Origin: Botryllus schlosseri
Lineage: Eukaryota
Length of the DNA stretch: 64,000 bases
Reading direction: 5' to 3'
Assembly: GCA_051294905.1 (NCBI GenBank)
Contig: CM119377.1
Location: 10,168,001 to 10,232,000, forward strand
Shown: one piece after another, positions 37,106 through 48,863 of the stretch
Layout of the letters: each line of letters begins with the position of its first letter
How positions within the stretch are numbered: position 1 is the first letter of the stretch
Translations under genes and position numbers: made by a program
Notes under the pieces: model-generated
Told to the model about the DNA's origin: nothing
What the model saw: only the letters and a program-made list of their open reading frames with translations
The model's database searches: none

Positions 37106-38858
37106 ATCTAGACCTTACAAAGTCAATTTGAAGGAATCGTAATCATAATCGGCGGTTCTATCACCGTTATCCGCAAAAGCATCACCTGCCATCATACTAG
37201 GAGAACACCGTCATTTTTGGGTATATTCGTTTTGGTTCATGTCGAACACAAGGAAATGTATTTCCAGTAACTATATACAATATGCCGTATACATTTTTAG
37301 CTTTACATCTATAGACAACAAGATATGACCCCCAGAAAGACTATACGCAAAACGCTCTAACAAACACCGTTTTGTTATCTAATGCAATAATTTAAAAAGA
37401 TTCATGAAATACATTTATGTGGTCTTCAGAAAAGTATATATCCGACAAAACGTTAGTTACACAGATTGAACTTCTGGACACATAAGAGTGGAATGAATGC
37501 TTAAAAACGAATCAATATCCTTTTGTTCCTTACATTGTGACTCATTATGGAAACATTTTTTAATAAAATAATGTCATGCATTACTTTTCTTCTCGGGTCG
37601 ACGTTTGATGAACAGTTTTTGTTGTCAATAAGAAAAGCGGATTTTCAAATCATCGAATTCTTCGAATGGCATATGTTGGGATTCCAATCTTGACCTTTAT
37701 GTCAGTATAGAGAATCGACGAGAATTTTCTAGCAAAATTACTATGAGGTCTCCTGCCATCTTGCGACAAGATATAGGTCCAACTTCTCGAGACATATATT
37801 TATTTACATATATTGTGCTCAATTAGGTACAGGGTGTCATAGACACTACGAATCTAGCAAGCCTGGAATAAATATCCCTGCTCGAAGACGTAAAATGTGC
37901 TATGCATGCTCTTACATGACATGGATTGAGCACAATCTCATGGTCATTTTATTATGGTGATTCCATTGCACGGTCGCAAGATGTGAGCAATTTCATTAAC
38001 AATTACATAATAGAACAAGGATTAAGGCAAAGTTATTTACAAATTCAAATTCCACGATGAGAGACGGTAATTGAGATGTAACTTGCAGCATTACGTGTTT
38101 GGAAAACTATAAATGTCCCTAAATTCATTCGCGCGAATACATCCGCAATTGTTCTTTTCTGAATTTGCACGCCATCAACGTAATACCGCGTCAAAAGCCC
38201 AACTACACCCAACCTTGCACGTTGTATTGCGACAGATAATACGTAACTTTGACAACTACAGATGACAAATTGCCTGACACGAAGGAGAATAAACACAACT
38301 TACAAAAATCAACTTCAGGATGTTATTTATTGCGCATTGCATTATGCATTGCATTACATAATATCACCTGATCGAATTGATGAGCTCAGTCTAAACACGG
38401 AAAAGAAGAGTCGGGAATATTGAACATTCAAATAAATTAACAAAGTTTAATTCCTTAATCACAAAACACGTCACAACAATGCAACAAGCATAACTGACTC
38501 AGTCAAAACGACGTTGAATCACAGCGAGACACCATAGGCGGGCTCATCCTTACTAATACTTGAACCAGTTAAATATGCAAATACATAACCGTGATGAGAT
38601 AGATGCCTGAGAAATTGGTACGCCTAAATGCGTAGTTCATCGAACCACATTCCCCTATTGTACGATGACGATCTCCTCACACACTTTTCTGAAGACGTGG
38701 GCGTATACACATATGCTTCATGAACTCAATTTGTGATCAGTCGTCCAATGCATGTCGCAACACTTGCAGTTCCAAGACGCCCAATTACACATTTAAGTCA
38801 CGAGATCCATAAGGTATAAATGTGCACGTCTTCATGAAATTAATACAGAAGACATCGC

Positions 38859-39923
38859 ATGCGAATTAAGTCAACAATGAAAGGCAAAGGATCCACTACG
38901 CTGTGCTTAATTTCCTCAGTCATATTATTATTATTCAACGGATCACAATCGACGAAATTCGCAGAGTGGACATTCGATAAGAATAACGGCACGGTCGTCT
39001 TCGCTGATTACCCGCTTTCGGAAAATTTCCAAGCCGACGTCTCCCCGTTAGGTGCTGACATAAGCATCACTTTACCTCAAGGAAGAAAGGGCAACTGTAT
39101 ATTTGTCGACGGGAAGAAGTTTAACCTCGCGACAAATCTCAGCAAATCATGTATCTTCGATCTTGACCTCTGCGTATCGGGATTGAGAATATCTTTCTAT
39201 CTGAAAGTAGTTAATTGGAATAATGCAACGGAACCGGTAATACTCAGCACGATGACAAATTATGGAGGCGTAGTGCTTCGGAAAATAAACGAAACCAACC
39301 AAATTACGTTTCGCATGCGTGGCTCGAGCGGAGCTGAGATCAACTCAATGCCAATTCAGGTATCTTTTGATAGATGGGTACAATTTACCTATGTGATTCC
39401 ATATCAGCGTCGTGTCAATTTCGATCACGAATCTGAACTTACAACTACCGCTACCCCGGCAAGATATTATAATATGTCAGTTGGGTCGGAAAATGGAGCA
39501 TCATTTTATTTGGATGAGCTCAAAGTGTATTATTCTACCAACGAGGACTACTCAGCCCCAACCAGTGCAGCCACTCACTCATCAAATACTGATATAGACG
39601 CAACCAAAATACCGTTATCAGAAATTTCGACATTGGCAATGCACGCTACGGGCAATTATTCAGAATGGACTTCCGACAGCGCCTTCGAAGATAACGCAAC
39701 CTCTACAATCGGATACATCGGTACAGATAATGAGCTCTCAAATCTATGGATCCCAATAGCGATTGGCATAGTTGCAACTTCAATGGGAATATGTATTATA
39801 TTTATATTGCGTCGACGCCGGACAAGAAAGAGAGTAAAGGGAATCGCGGATGGAAAAGGAATTCTTCTTAATTTCAAAGCAGATAAAGCAAACTATGTGA
39901 GAACATCCACAATTGAACCGTAG
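38859..39923 (+). CDS. Single-exon type I membrane protein: signal peptide, LamG/concanavalin A-like domain, Ser/Thr stalk, TM helix, short basic tail
   Basis: 354-aa ORF (start possibly at 38877). Hydrophobic TTLCLISSVILLLFNG; WTFD...CIFDLDLCVSGLRISFYLK...W.QFTY...FYLDELKVY; TM LWIPIAIGIVATSMGICIIFIL followed by RRRRTRKR. Confidence 0.8.
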   Translation: MRIKSTMKGKGSTTLCLISSVILLLFNGSQSTKFAEWTFDKNNGTVVFADYPLSENFQADVSPLGADISITLPQGRKGNCIFVDGKKFNLATNLSKSCIFDLDLCVSGLRISFYLKVVNWNNATEPVILSTMTNYGGVVLRKINETNQITFRMRGSSGAEINSMPIQVSFDRWVQFTYVIPYQRRVNFDHESELTTTATPARYYNMSVGSENGASFYLDELKVYYSTNEDYSAPTSAATHSSNTDIDATKIPLSEISTLAMHATGNYSEWTSDSAFEDNATSTIGYIGTDNELSNLWIPIAIGIVATSMGICIIFILRRRRTRKRVKGIADGKGILLNFKADKANYVRTSTIEP

Positions 39924-40943
39924 CCAGTCATTTTAAGGTGAAAGCCGACTGCAATCAAACTGATAAGGACAAGACTTGCAGAATTCCTTGAACACCTAGC
40001 TGCATCCTGCATATTGACAAGATTGATGCTGCGACAAATTACAAGTGTCAAATAAGACAAGCGATGATAGCATCCACTGGCGTGGCGAGGATAAAATTTT
40101 TGTAGCCTGGGCGGAAATTTAGGGAAAAGCGAATCCTCATTTTTCCAATTCGACTCCCGAGAGACCCGCTCCCACGTAAAATCCGTACGAGTTTATATTT
40201 ATGTTTAAAAAAAACCTTGCCTTCACTGTCGTCAAAATCCAGATTTCGCGTCATTTATGGTATTTTTGTTGTCCGTGTGTACGTACAATCGCCTGGCTCT
40301 CAAACCTATAAAGGAGGACAAAAAGGAGGGCGTCCTCGGAGGACATTTTAAATTTCTTTAAAAAGGAGGGGTGGATGAGCGCCTTTCGATCCGGGGCTAC
40401 GCTGCTGAACAGACTGACGGCAGCTCCGAACTGACTGACGTGCGCCTTCTTGCGTATGCACTACTGTACACGTACTGTGCGATCATTTTACTAATGCACT
40501 CGCGATCGCTAATGTAATCCGGGATGTTATTATACACACCTATAATTGATATGTATACATGCAATATTATTTCTTTTTGTGAATATCCTGTATAATATCA
40601 TGATTACGAATCCTTTTCTTTCAATCGTTATTAATACACAATGTCATGCAGTTGGTTTATTTTTTGCAGGAGTGATTGTATTATGAAAAAAAGCACATTT
40701 CAAACGTAGGAAATACAGAACAGAACAATCCCCGTAGTTCAGCAGTTACCACTGAGCTGGTAGTTGTTACCATGTAAATCAACGTTATGCATCGATAGCC
40801 ATAATGCAAATGAGCAACGGTTGTCGCTTGCCCAGCATATTTACTTGAGATTGCGGAAGTTTGTTGTGCTGCTGTCTGCTGTGGTGAGTCGTGGCGGAAC
40901 TGGGTTTCTGTCATTGTAGTTCTGCATTCTCAAGGTATTGACT

Positions 40944-43900
40944 ATGGCTGGCTTGAATGTAGCGCCTCCGAATAATGAAGTTACAGTTGACCAGATGGAC
41001 TATGCTTATATTGAGAAGTGCTCCAACGAAAAGGCAAGGCAATGGTACTTTTGTTATTTCGAGTCGTCTCGTGACTAAGCTTTCGTTCCATTCCAGGAGC
41101 TTGTCAGAATTCTGCGCGCTCTCCGTTCGGGTCGTGAAGGATTCTATCCAGATTTGATCAAGTTTTGTGAAGACAAAATTCGCAAAATGAATCCGGAACA
41201 CAGAGCACTGAGAAAGGAGCAGCCTATTTTGAAGGCATGGTAGGTTATCAGAATATTGAAATTCTCGTATTTTCTATGGCACCGGCAGCATGTCACAATT
41301 CGACAGGGACCTAGACAAGGACAATCTGAAAAATCTGAATAATGATCTGGAAAGTTGGACCTCAGAGATGAAGAAAATGGGTGAGGGAGTTACGGACAAG
41401 AAGATGTTTGAATCGAATTTGCAGAGAAATCAAGTTAACGGATTTTCTGATCACGGAGATCTTCCACCGGTACGAGGTACACAAGTGCTTAAAGGTATGT
41501 TCGGAAATTTACTATCAATGTCTGTAACTCCTTAAAAACCGAGCTGTCGCAGCGTGCTAAGATGGGCAAGGGCATGTACCGTGCCCATCAATATTCAAGT
41601 CTGTGCTGCTGACAGTATGCAAGTTGGCGCCAGGCGGTGGCAACATTGAACATGTACCAGAACAGTGGTTTTCAACCTAGACTCTTTGACCCCTAATTGG
41701 CCATGATTATATTTTGGACAACTGTAGACCACAAGCTCATTTATGTTGTTGAGATTTTAGTTGAACATAAACCGTTACCATGTTGTCTGAATTTTGTCAG
41801 TGTTGTAAGGGCTGTTCTTGTTCCCTTGCACCTGATTCTATCATGTTTCACTAGTTATCACTCTTTGCTGCCAGGGTCCAGGACTGTCAAAGGTTGGGAA
41901 TTACTGTACTGCAGTCACTGTTCATTGCTCTTTTTCATTTAGATATTTATAGTTTTGTCAGTTCGAAGCACCACAACATTACGATACAGTCCTGCAGTAG
42001 AAAGATAGGAAGGTGTCAGAAAATAGATAAAAACATATTAACAATTAGTGATGCACGCTGAATGAGAAATGCTAGCTAAAATACACTGGCCAGTCTCCAC
42101 TGATTAGTTAGATGCCACCATTTCATCACAGCAAACTTGGCATGATAGGCTTGTGAATTATAGTCTGTCGAAATATATGCTACTTACGACATGTGGAATC
42201 TTGTAAAACTGCTAATTTTAATCCAGAGGATGACAGATCTCTGGGATTAGCACGACTTTAGGTTTGAGACCACTTAAATTCACATCTCTCCTCCAATTAT
42301 TCATCCATCATTCACGTCAAGGCATGCAAATGCATGAAGAATATGAAAATAGCAATCGACATATCTGTGATTGCACTGCAGTATAACTTCGGACTCCAAT
42401 TAGGTCCTGGCCTTACAAACCATTAGGTCAATTTCTGTCCATCAAATGTGCCGCTTGAAATTATGTTGGTTGTGGAAAAAGTATTTTCCTCACTTCCCTT
42501 TGTTTTATGTGAGGAGTTGATTCAGTGTCGGTGGCTCCGTAGCCCTTTTTGCCGTGAGTCAAAATCGTATGCATGTAAACCCGAGTGGTGATACAAGAAT
42601 AATAATGCGCCAAATTTGAAGCTTCTGCTGGCGTGCAGTTGCATCTCTTGTGATCCTCGCAACCCAAACGTAGGGTCAACACCGCATAACAAATAAGTGC
42701 AAGGGAGCATAAAAGTCTACCAACTAATGTTGTTGTGTTCGACACGACTGACTGGAGACTGGAGACTTCCGTGCAACTGCCTTGAAATGAATTTACATTA
42801 CATCAATATTATAATGCTTGATTAGAGAGAGATAGTATTTCAACTTCTCATGCGTGTGGGCTTGCCACAGCAAACTTGCGTTCACTTCTCAGCGATCTAC
42901 ATCATGGCTTGATTAAAGTTTTCCACACGATGCCCTTTGTTCTACAACCCTGCCCATATACCTGACCTCAGGGCCGGCACTGGTTTTTCTCACTATCAAC
43001 GAGAGGGCAGCATCGGGGAATGAAACCGGGGACCTTTCCATCTGTGCAATATTCCTTCTGTCAAAACTGAATTTGAATGTGTATTTTTCGAGACCAAAAT
43101 CAACGTATTTGTGCTGCAGGTACTGCAAAGAAAAGCAATAAAGGTAAAGAGCCAAACCCTGATCGTATAAAAAGTTCAGACTACAGGTCATGGGAAAAAT
43201 TCAATGTGGATGAAGAGTGCAATAAGATAGACAAGGAAGAAAGTACCCCCGCATCTGGACCTAAGGTATAACAAATAATATGATCTATATTTACTGTGCC
43301 CAGCGCTCCGGCTCCTATATATTCTAATGCGCAGATCTACCCTTGATTTGATGCTTAGTGAAAGATCACATGCACGCGATCTAGCAAAAAAAAATTGCAC
43401 AAAACAAGTCAAGTACTTTTATCGTACCAAGATTTGAGTCATACTGTACTTGAGGGCCTGCTGAATCCTTTCTCAAAGTTCAACTACTTTCGGTGCACAA
43501 GACACATTGTTAGCAGAAAAGTGAAGTAATCACAAATTTGAGTATATGGTATATGGAATCTGTTCAATTTGAAACCCGAGAGTCATTTCTGACCATATTG
43601 ACTTGAATAGGTCCCAGGCTATTTATTGAACCACAGACCTGTCTAGATCCTTTTATTTATCCAGAATATTTGAACCAATTCATACACAGGCCGTTAACAT
43701 CCCTCGAAATATCGATGTCACGAATTTGAGCGAAGAAGAGAAAATGCTCAAATCGGTGAGAGAAAAGGAAAAGGGCAACGAGGCTTTCAAATCTGGTGAG
43801 TTTATTTCGTAATCTAGCAATTATGCATGCGGTTTGTGAGAGCGTGACCCGTGTCTTTTTTCGATCCATTCAGGCGATTACGAAGAAGCCCTGTCGTACT

Positions 43901-46900
43901 ACTGCCGAAGCATCACGCTTCTGCCGATCGCCGCTTCATACAACAACAGGGCACTCGTATATCTGAGGCTTGAAAGATGGGAGGTGAGGACGTGCTCGCT
44001 AAAATGATATTCAGACTTTTGATCGGGCGTGTGTGTTGTGGATTTCGAACGTATTCAAATTTTGTGGTTTCCTGTGGGCCAGATCAAATTTGATTGTGTT
44101 CGATTGAGAGGTGGTCATCGTCTGCACTCAAGTAGAAGTAGAATTGACGTCGTAAATTTCTGTTACAACACGAAAGGAAATGGCGATTTCCAAGTAAGTT
44201 TTCAAGGCCTAGCTTTGCCTAAAACTGCAAACTGTCGAGCACAAATGGAAGTAAGCACTCTAAAGGCACTCATGGCCACTTGAGTGAGTAGTGTGAGTAG
44301 TGCAAATAGTCTAAACCTACTTGAGTGCTCTGAAAAGTAGAAGTACATTCTTACTGACCACCTCTGGAGGTGATAGAGTGATGAGAAAGAACTCGCTACA
44401 TTACAAATGAAGTTCGATATTTTTTGTCCAAAAATTTTAATCCCGTTTTGATTCCGACTCTATACCATTTTGTACGTTATCTGCTGAATAACACCCTAGA
44501 AAAATGCTGTAGTGTCAGACTGTACAATAAGCTTGAACCGAATCTTCATTATCAGGACGCGATAAAAGATTGCAACACCGTACTGCAGTTCGAGGGCGAA
44601 CAAAATAACTTGAAGGCTATGCTGCGGCGAGCGACTGCGCACAAATCTATGAAACGCTACGCTGAAGCCGCGGCGGACGTAGAATTCGTGCTGAGCAAAG
44701 AGCCGAACAATGCACGTGCCAAAGGTATTTTGGAGGACGTTGCGAAATTGAGGGAAAAGGAAAATGTGTCGAGAGAGAAGGACAGGCCGGAGGCGAAAAA
44801 AGGGAAAAAGATGGTGATCACGGAAGTCGATTCGTCCGATGAGGATACGGAACCGGAAATTAAGCCGGTAAAAACGCAGTCGGAAAAATCTGAAGTTGTG
44901 ACGAAAGCGAAAGAAACGAACGAATCGAAAGCGGAAGAGGTCTCGTCTATTTCTACTGTGTCTCCGGAGTTCCCCGTCAAAACTGCAGAGTTAAAAACGA
45001 AGGCCGGCGACCTGTTCAAGTCCGGCAGGTATGGTGACGCAGGTGAACACTACACAAAAGCAATCGCCAGCATGTCGTCGTATGTGAAACCGGGCGGCAC
45101 AGACCCGGGACACACCGCGGCACTGGCGGTACTGCACAACAACCGGGCCGCGTGCAGGTTAAAGCAAGGAGATGACAGGGCTTGTGTTGCTGATTGCAAC
45201 GAAGTGTTGAAGGTGAAAAAGTGGGACGCGAAAGCCTTGATGAGGCGCGCGATGGCGTATGAAAACATGGAGAAGTACGCGAAGGCGTGGGCCGACTATC
45301 AGACCGCGTACGGCATGGACAGAGGCAACGTGCTGGCCCAAAATGGCGCCAACCGCGTCGGACAGCATCTGCGTGATATACACGGCAGTCGGTGGAGGGA
45401 GAAAGTTCCTAAAATTGAAACGCCCCCAATGCCTGCTTTGGGTGATATGCACAAATATGCAATACCTGACAATAAAGAGGCACCGAAACCTGTAAATATT
45501 TCCGATGTTCGGAAGGATGGGGAGAGTACAGTAGGTCCCGCGGAAAATCTCAGGGCGCCGTCAGGAATTATCAAAGAGGGTAAGAAGCAGAAAACCAAAG
45601 TCGACACCGTAGCTCCCGCAGAAAAGCTCAGTGTGCCATCGGAACTTCCCAAAGATGGTAAGAATCAGAAAATGAACAGTGATGATGTGAACGCCGTCGC
45701 TCCCACGGAAAATCTCGGCACGCCATCAGAATTTTCAAAAGAGGGCAAGAAGCAGAAAAGCAAAAAACGGAACAGGCCTAAATCGCCCCGAAAAGTGGAG
45801 GTTCCGTCTCCGACAAAGGAGGAAGCCGCAATTGAAAGCAAAAAAACAAAAATACGGCAGGACCTCTTCCAAAAACTGAAAGCAGACGGTAACGAGAACG
45901 TAAAGCAAGGCAAGTACGATGATGCCATCGATTGCTACACCAGATGCTTGACGCTGTGTCCGAAAGAACCGGCTAGTTACACTAACCGGGCGCTGTGCTT
46001 TTTGAAACTGAAAAAACATGTGTCCGCGGTCAACGACTGCACAGAGGCTATAAAGCTAGACCCGGTCAACACGAAGGCGTATTACAGACGCGCTCTGGCG
46101 CGTAAAGCAGAGGGCTACCACGGTGACGCGCGCCGTGATATTACTAAACTGCTCGAGATCGATCCGGGCAATAAAGCAGGACGTGCGGAGCTGGAGGCTT
46201 TAAAAAAATTGATGGGCAATACCAAGAAGGAAGTGAAACCGGTGCATAAAAAGCGGATGGTCATCGAGGAGGTGGACAGCAGTGAGAGTAGCGACGAGGG
46301 TGAGTTTGTGCTACCCGCCGAAGATAGCCCGGAACGAACCGAAGAGGTTAAAATCAAGGTTATTGGAAACGAAAATAAGACTCTAAACGCGACCGCACCG
46401 CTCCGGAAAACTGGCGATAACGAGTCACCAAAATCTGCAGATAACGAGTCTACAAAATCCGCCAAAATCACTGATAACAAGCTATCAAAAGCTACAGATA
46501 ACAAGTCTGCAAAATCTGCCAAAGTCACTGATAACGAGTTGGCCAAAGCTGCAGATAACAAGTCTGCAAGATCTGCTGAAGTCACTGATAAAGTGTCAGC
46601 AAAATCTGTTGAAACCACCGATAGCGAGTCGACGAAATCTGTCAGAGCCAGACTCTCGGCTGACAGGCAATTGACACCTTACGAGTTTGGGCACTTGTGG
46701 AGCGCGATTGCCAGCAAGAAGAACCACGACGAATACAAGGCCCTGCTGGGTAGAATAAGGCCCGAACAGTTACCGGCGCTGTTGAGTAACAAAATCGACG
46801 ACCACGTGATACGGATGGTGTCGCAGGTGGCTAGGGAGCACGCGACGAAAAGCGGGGATTGCCGGTACGCGTACGATTTATTGCGTTGCTTGACCAAAGC

Positions 46901-47042
46901 AGAACGATTCGGAGTCGTGGCTATGTTCTTGTCGGATTCGGATAAAAGAATCCTGAAAGATACGTTCGACGCTATTCGTGGTGACGATTCCTGCGTTGTC
47001 ACGCAGGACGATATTAGCGAATTGGAAAAGAAATATGCGTAA
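40944..47042 (+). CDS. SPAG1: Sperm-associated antigen 1 (TPR co-chaperone with RPAP3-like C-terminal domain), ~1095 aa. Exons 40944-41033, 41097-41239, 41289-41494, 43120-43265, 43690-43795, 43874-43983, 44556-47042
   Basis: DYAYIEKCSNEK|ELVRILRALRSGREGFYPDL; LPPVRG; DYRSWEKFNVDEEC; three TPR triplets (REKEKGNEAFKSGDY, LKTKAGDLFKSGRY, LKADGNENVKQGKY); TPYEFG...LLSNKIDD...AERF C-terminus. All splice phases consistent; total 3288 nt. Confidence 0.93.
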
Positions 47043-48863
47043 TTGGCTGATTCACGTCGGTGCGGGTGAGCTCCAGCAATTTTGGAATTATGAATGAAGC
47101 TCTTGCTGCTAGGGCTAGCGAGTCCAGTGCTCGAATTCAAATCTAGTGTCGATTTTGATGATTCCAGTTGGGTAATGAGAGTGGATCTTTTCGAGTACCG
47201 AAATTTGGAGCCCCTGATCTCAGTAATAGGTATTTTGATTATCAAATACTGAACTCCATTCAAGGCTTGGTACTCCATTCGAAATTGAATCACCCAGGTA
47301 CTCGATATTGCCGAGCGCAACTCGCCTGTTCCGATGCATCTAATATCAGGGATTTGCCATACTCGCTATTTTCTACCCTGATCGAATACATATCTTCTTG
47401 GAGTGAATCAGGATTTGTCGTTTTGCATTCGATCCTGGATATGGTACCCGTCGACTGTGTTCTCTCGTACTGACTGCGGTGTGTCTGTATACTCTTGTCT
47501 GTACTTTACGGCGCGGTTTAGTGAGAATATGCATTTACTGGGCTGAACAAATCCTTGTTATAGTTTCATGGAGGGTTGTAATGACTGAAATCGGAAGTCA
47601 CTATTTTTTGCAATTTCTCAAATCTAGAAAATGATTCGAATCAACTTGAGTAATATATTTAATCGACTCGTCCTCTACTCGAGTCATTGCGCTTGGCTCC
47701 ACACATTCTGTACGACTTGACTCCAGTAGCCTTTGTGTTGTGTCCCGTATTGTTCTGCATAGCATGTAATGCGTAATCTCGGCGCCGACGCTGTTGCATC
47801 ATTGTGTTTGTCATATTTTGAGAGCAAAGTTCTTTTGTAGTTTGTATACAATATGGCTATTCAGAAGTCAAAAAATTAACACTGAATACAAACAGTTATA
47901 GAACAGTGGACTTCGCTTACTTAGCAATACGTCAGGTGACGCATTCATGACCAAATAACAGATTTTGGTGGAATATCAATGCTCATTTGTTCATATGTGA
48001 TCTATAATATTATGAACCTACTAGCGCAGCCTCGCACAAAAACGTAGCCGCAGCAAACCCTGTCCTCAAAAGGATAGAAAGACTGGATGCCAGGTCTACT
48101 GTTGGGTTTGTGGACACTGAGTGCCGACTACAATAGGCCTCACACTGAATATGATGCATTATTATCTAATGACACAGTAAAATCATGAAAAATAACTCAA
48201 TTCAAAAGATCCGAGTCAAAACGAGAGCCCCCCCCCCCATCTAAATTGTGTGATTACTTGCCGTTCGACTGATTTAGATTACCTTTTTCAACCATGCTTC
48301 CACTCCACATACATGCAGGCAGTGCAATGCACATTATCTCCACAAAGGCACGCACGGGTTGTGTACTCATGCCTTATATAATTACATTGAGCTTGAAATA
48401 AGGTGCACAATTTTGATCATGCACACACTCTTCAATATGCAATCCAAGTAGTTGTCATTTCTCCAGCTTCTGGGCCATAGGGTTGCCGCACGTTCAAGAC
48501 AATATGATCGAGTAGTTTACTACCTGGTAGCCTGATGCAGTATCTTTTCAAGCCACCCCAGACATTCTAACAACCAGAACCTCTGAATTTCTCTTTTATT
48601 GATAGGGCGTATACATAATACACCCACAACATAACATACCAGAAACGCACCCAGGCTTTGAACTACATACATTCGAGTTTGTAGGCAAAATTTAGGATTG
48701 ACAACTAGCGATGTATTTACAAGTTCTCAAACAAGCATGAGAGTGGTGCACTGTTTACTGGTCAATTAGCAAATTGCGATGGCGAACAAACCGCCGAACG
48801 TCACTTGCAATTTACAAAATATGAAAGATATTCTTCAGTCAAATACAAATTTGCGAAAAACGG

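Noticed and set aside
38600-38720. Minus-strand peptide ending WFDELRI, resembling the LamG C-terminal strand
   Set aside because: Short frame between stops with no other domain motifs; likely coincidence.
39923-40944. Operon/trans-splicing link between the LamG gene and SPAG1 (and CCT5 to the dehydrogenase)
   Set aside because: Gaps are 1.0-1.4 kb, and the acceptor before the SPAG1 ATG has a cis donor 51 nt upstream (GTGAGT at 40884), so ordinary cis-splicing explains it.
40075-42275. Possible MITEs at 40075-40407 and 41663-42275
   Set aside because: TIR-like ends are imperfect and no TSD could be matched.
44424-44555. N-terminal 44 residues of the 872-aa ORF
   Set aside because: Intronic read-through; homology and the acceptor TTCATTATCAG| place the exon start at 44556.
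44657-47320. Numerous minus-strand ORFs of 72-213 aa, and similar ones opposite CCT5, the SOCS exons and the PLE ORF
   Set aside because: Antisense shadows of real coding sequence; no independent homology.
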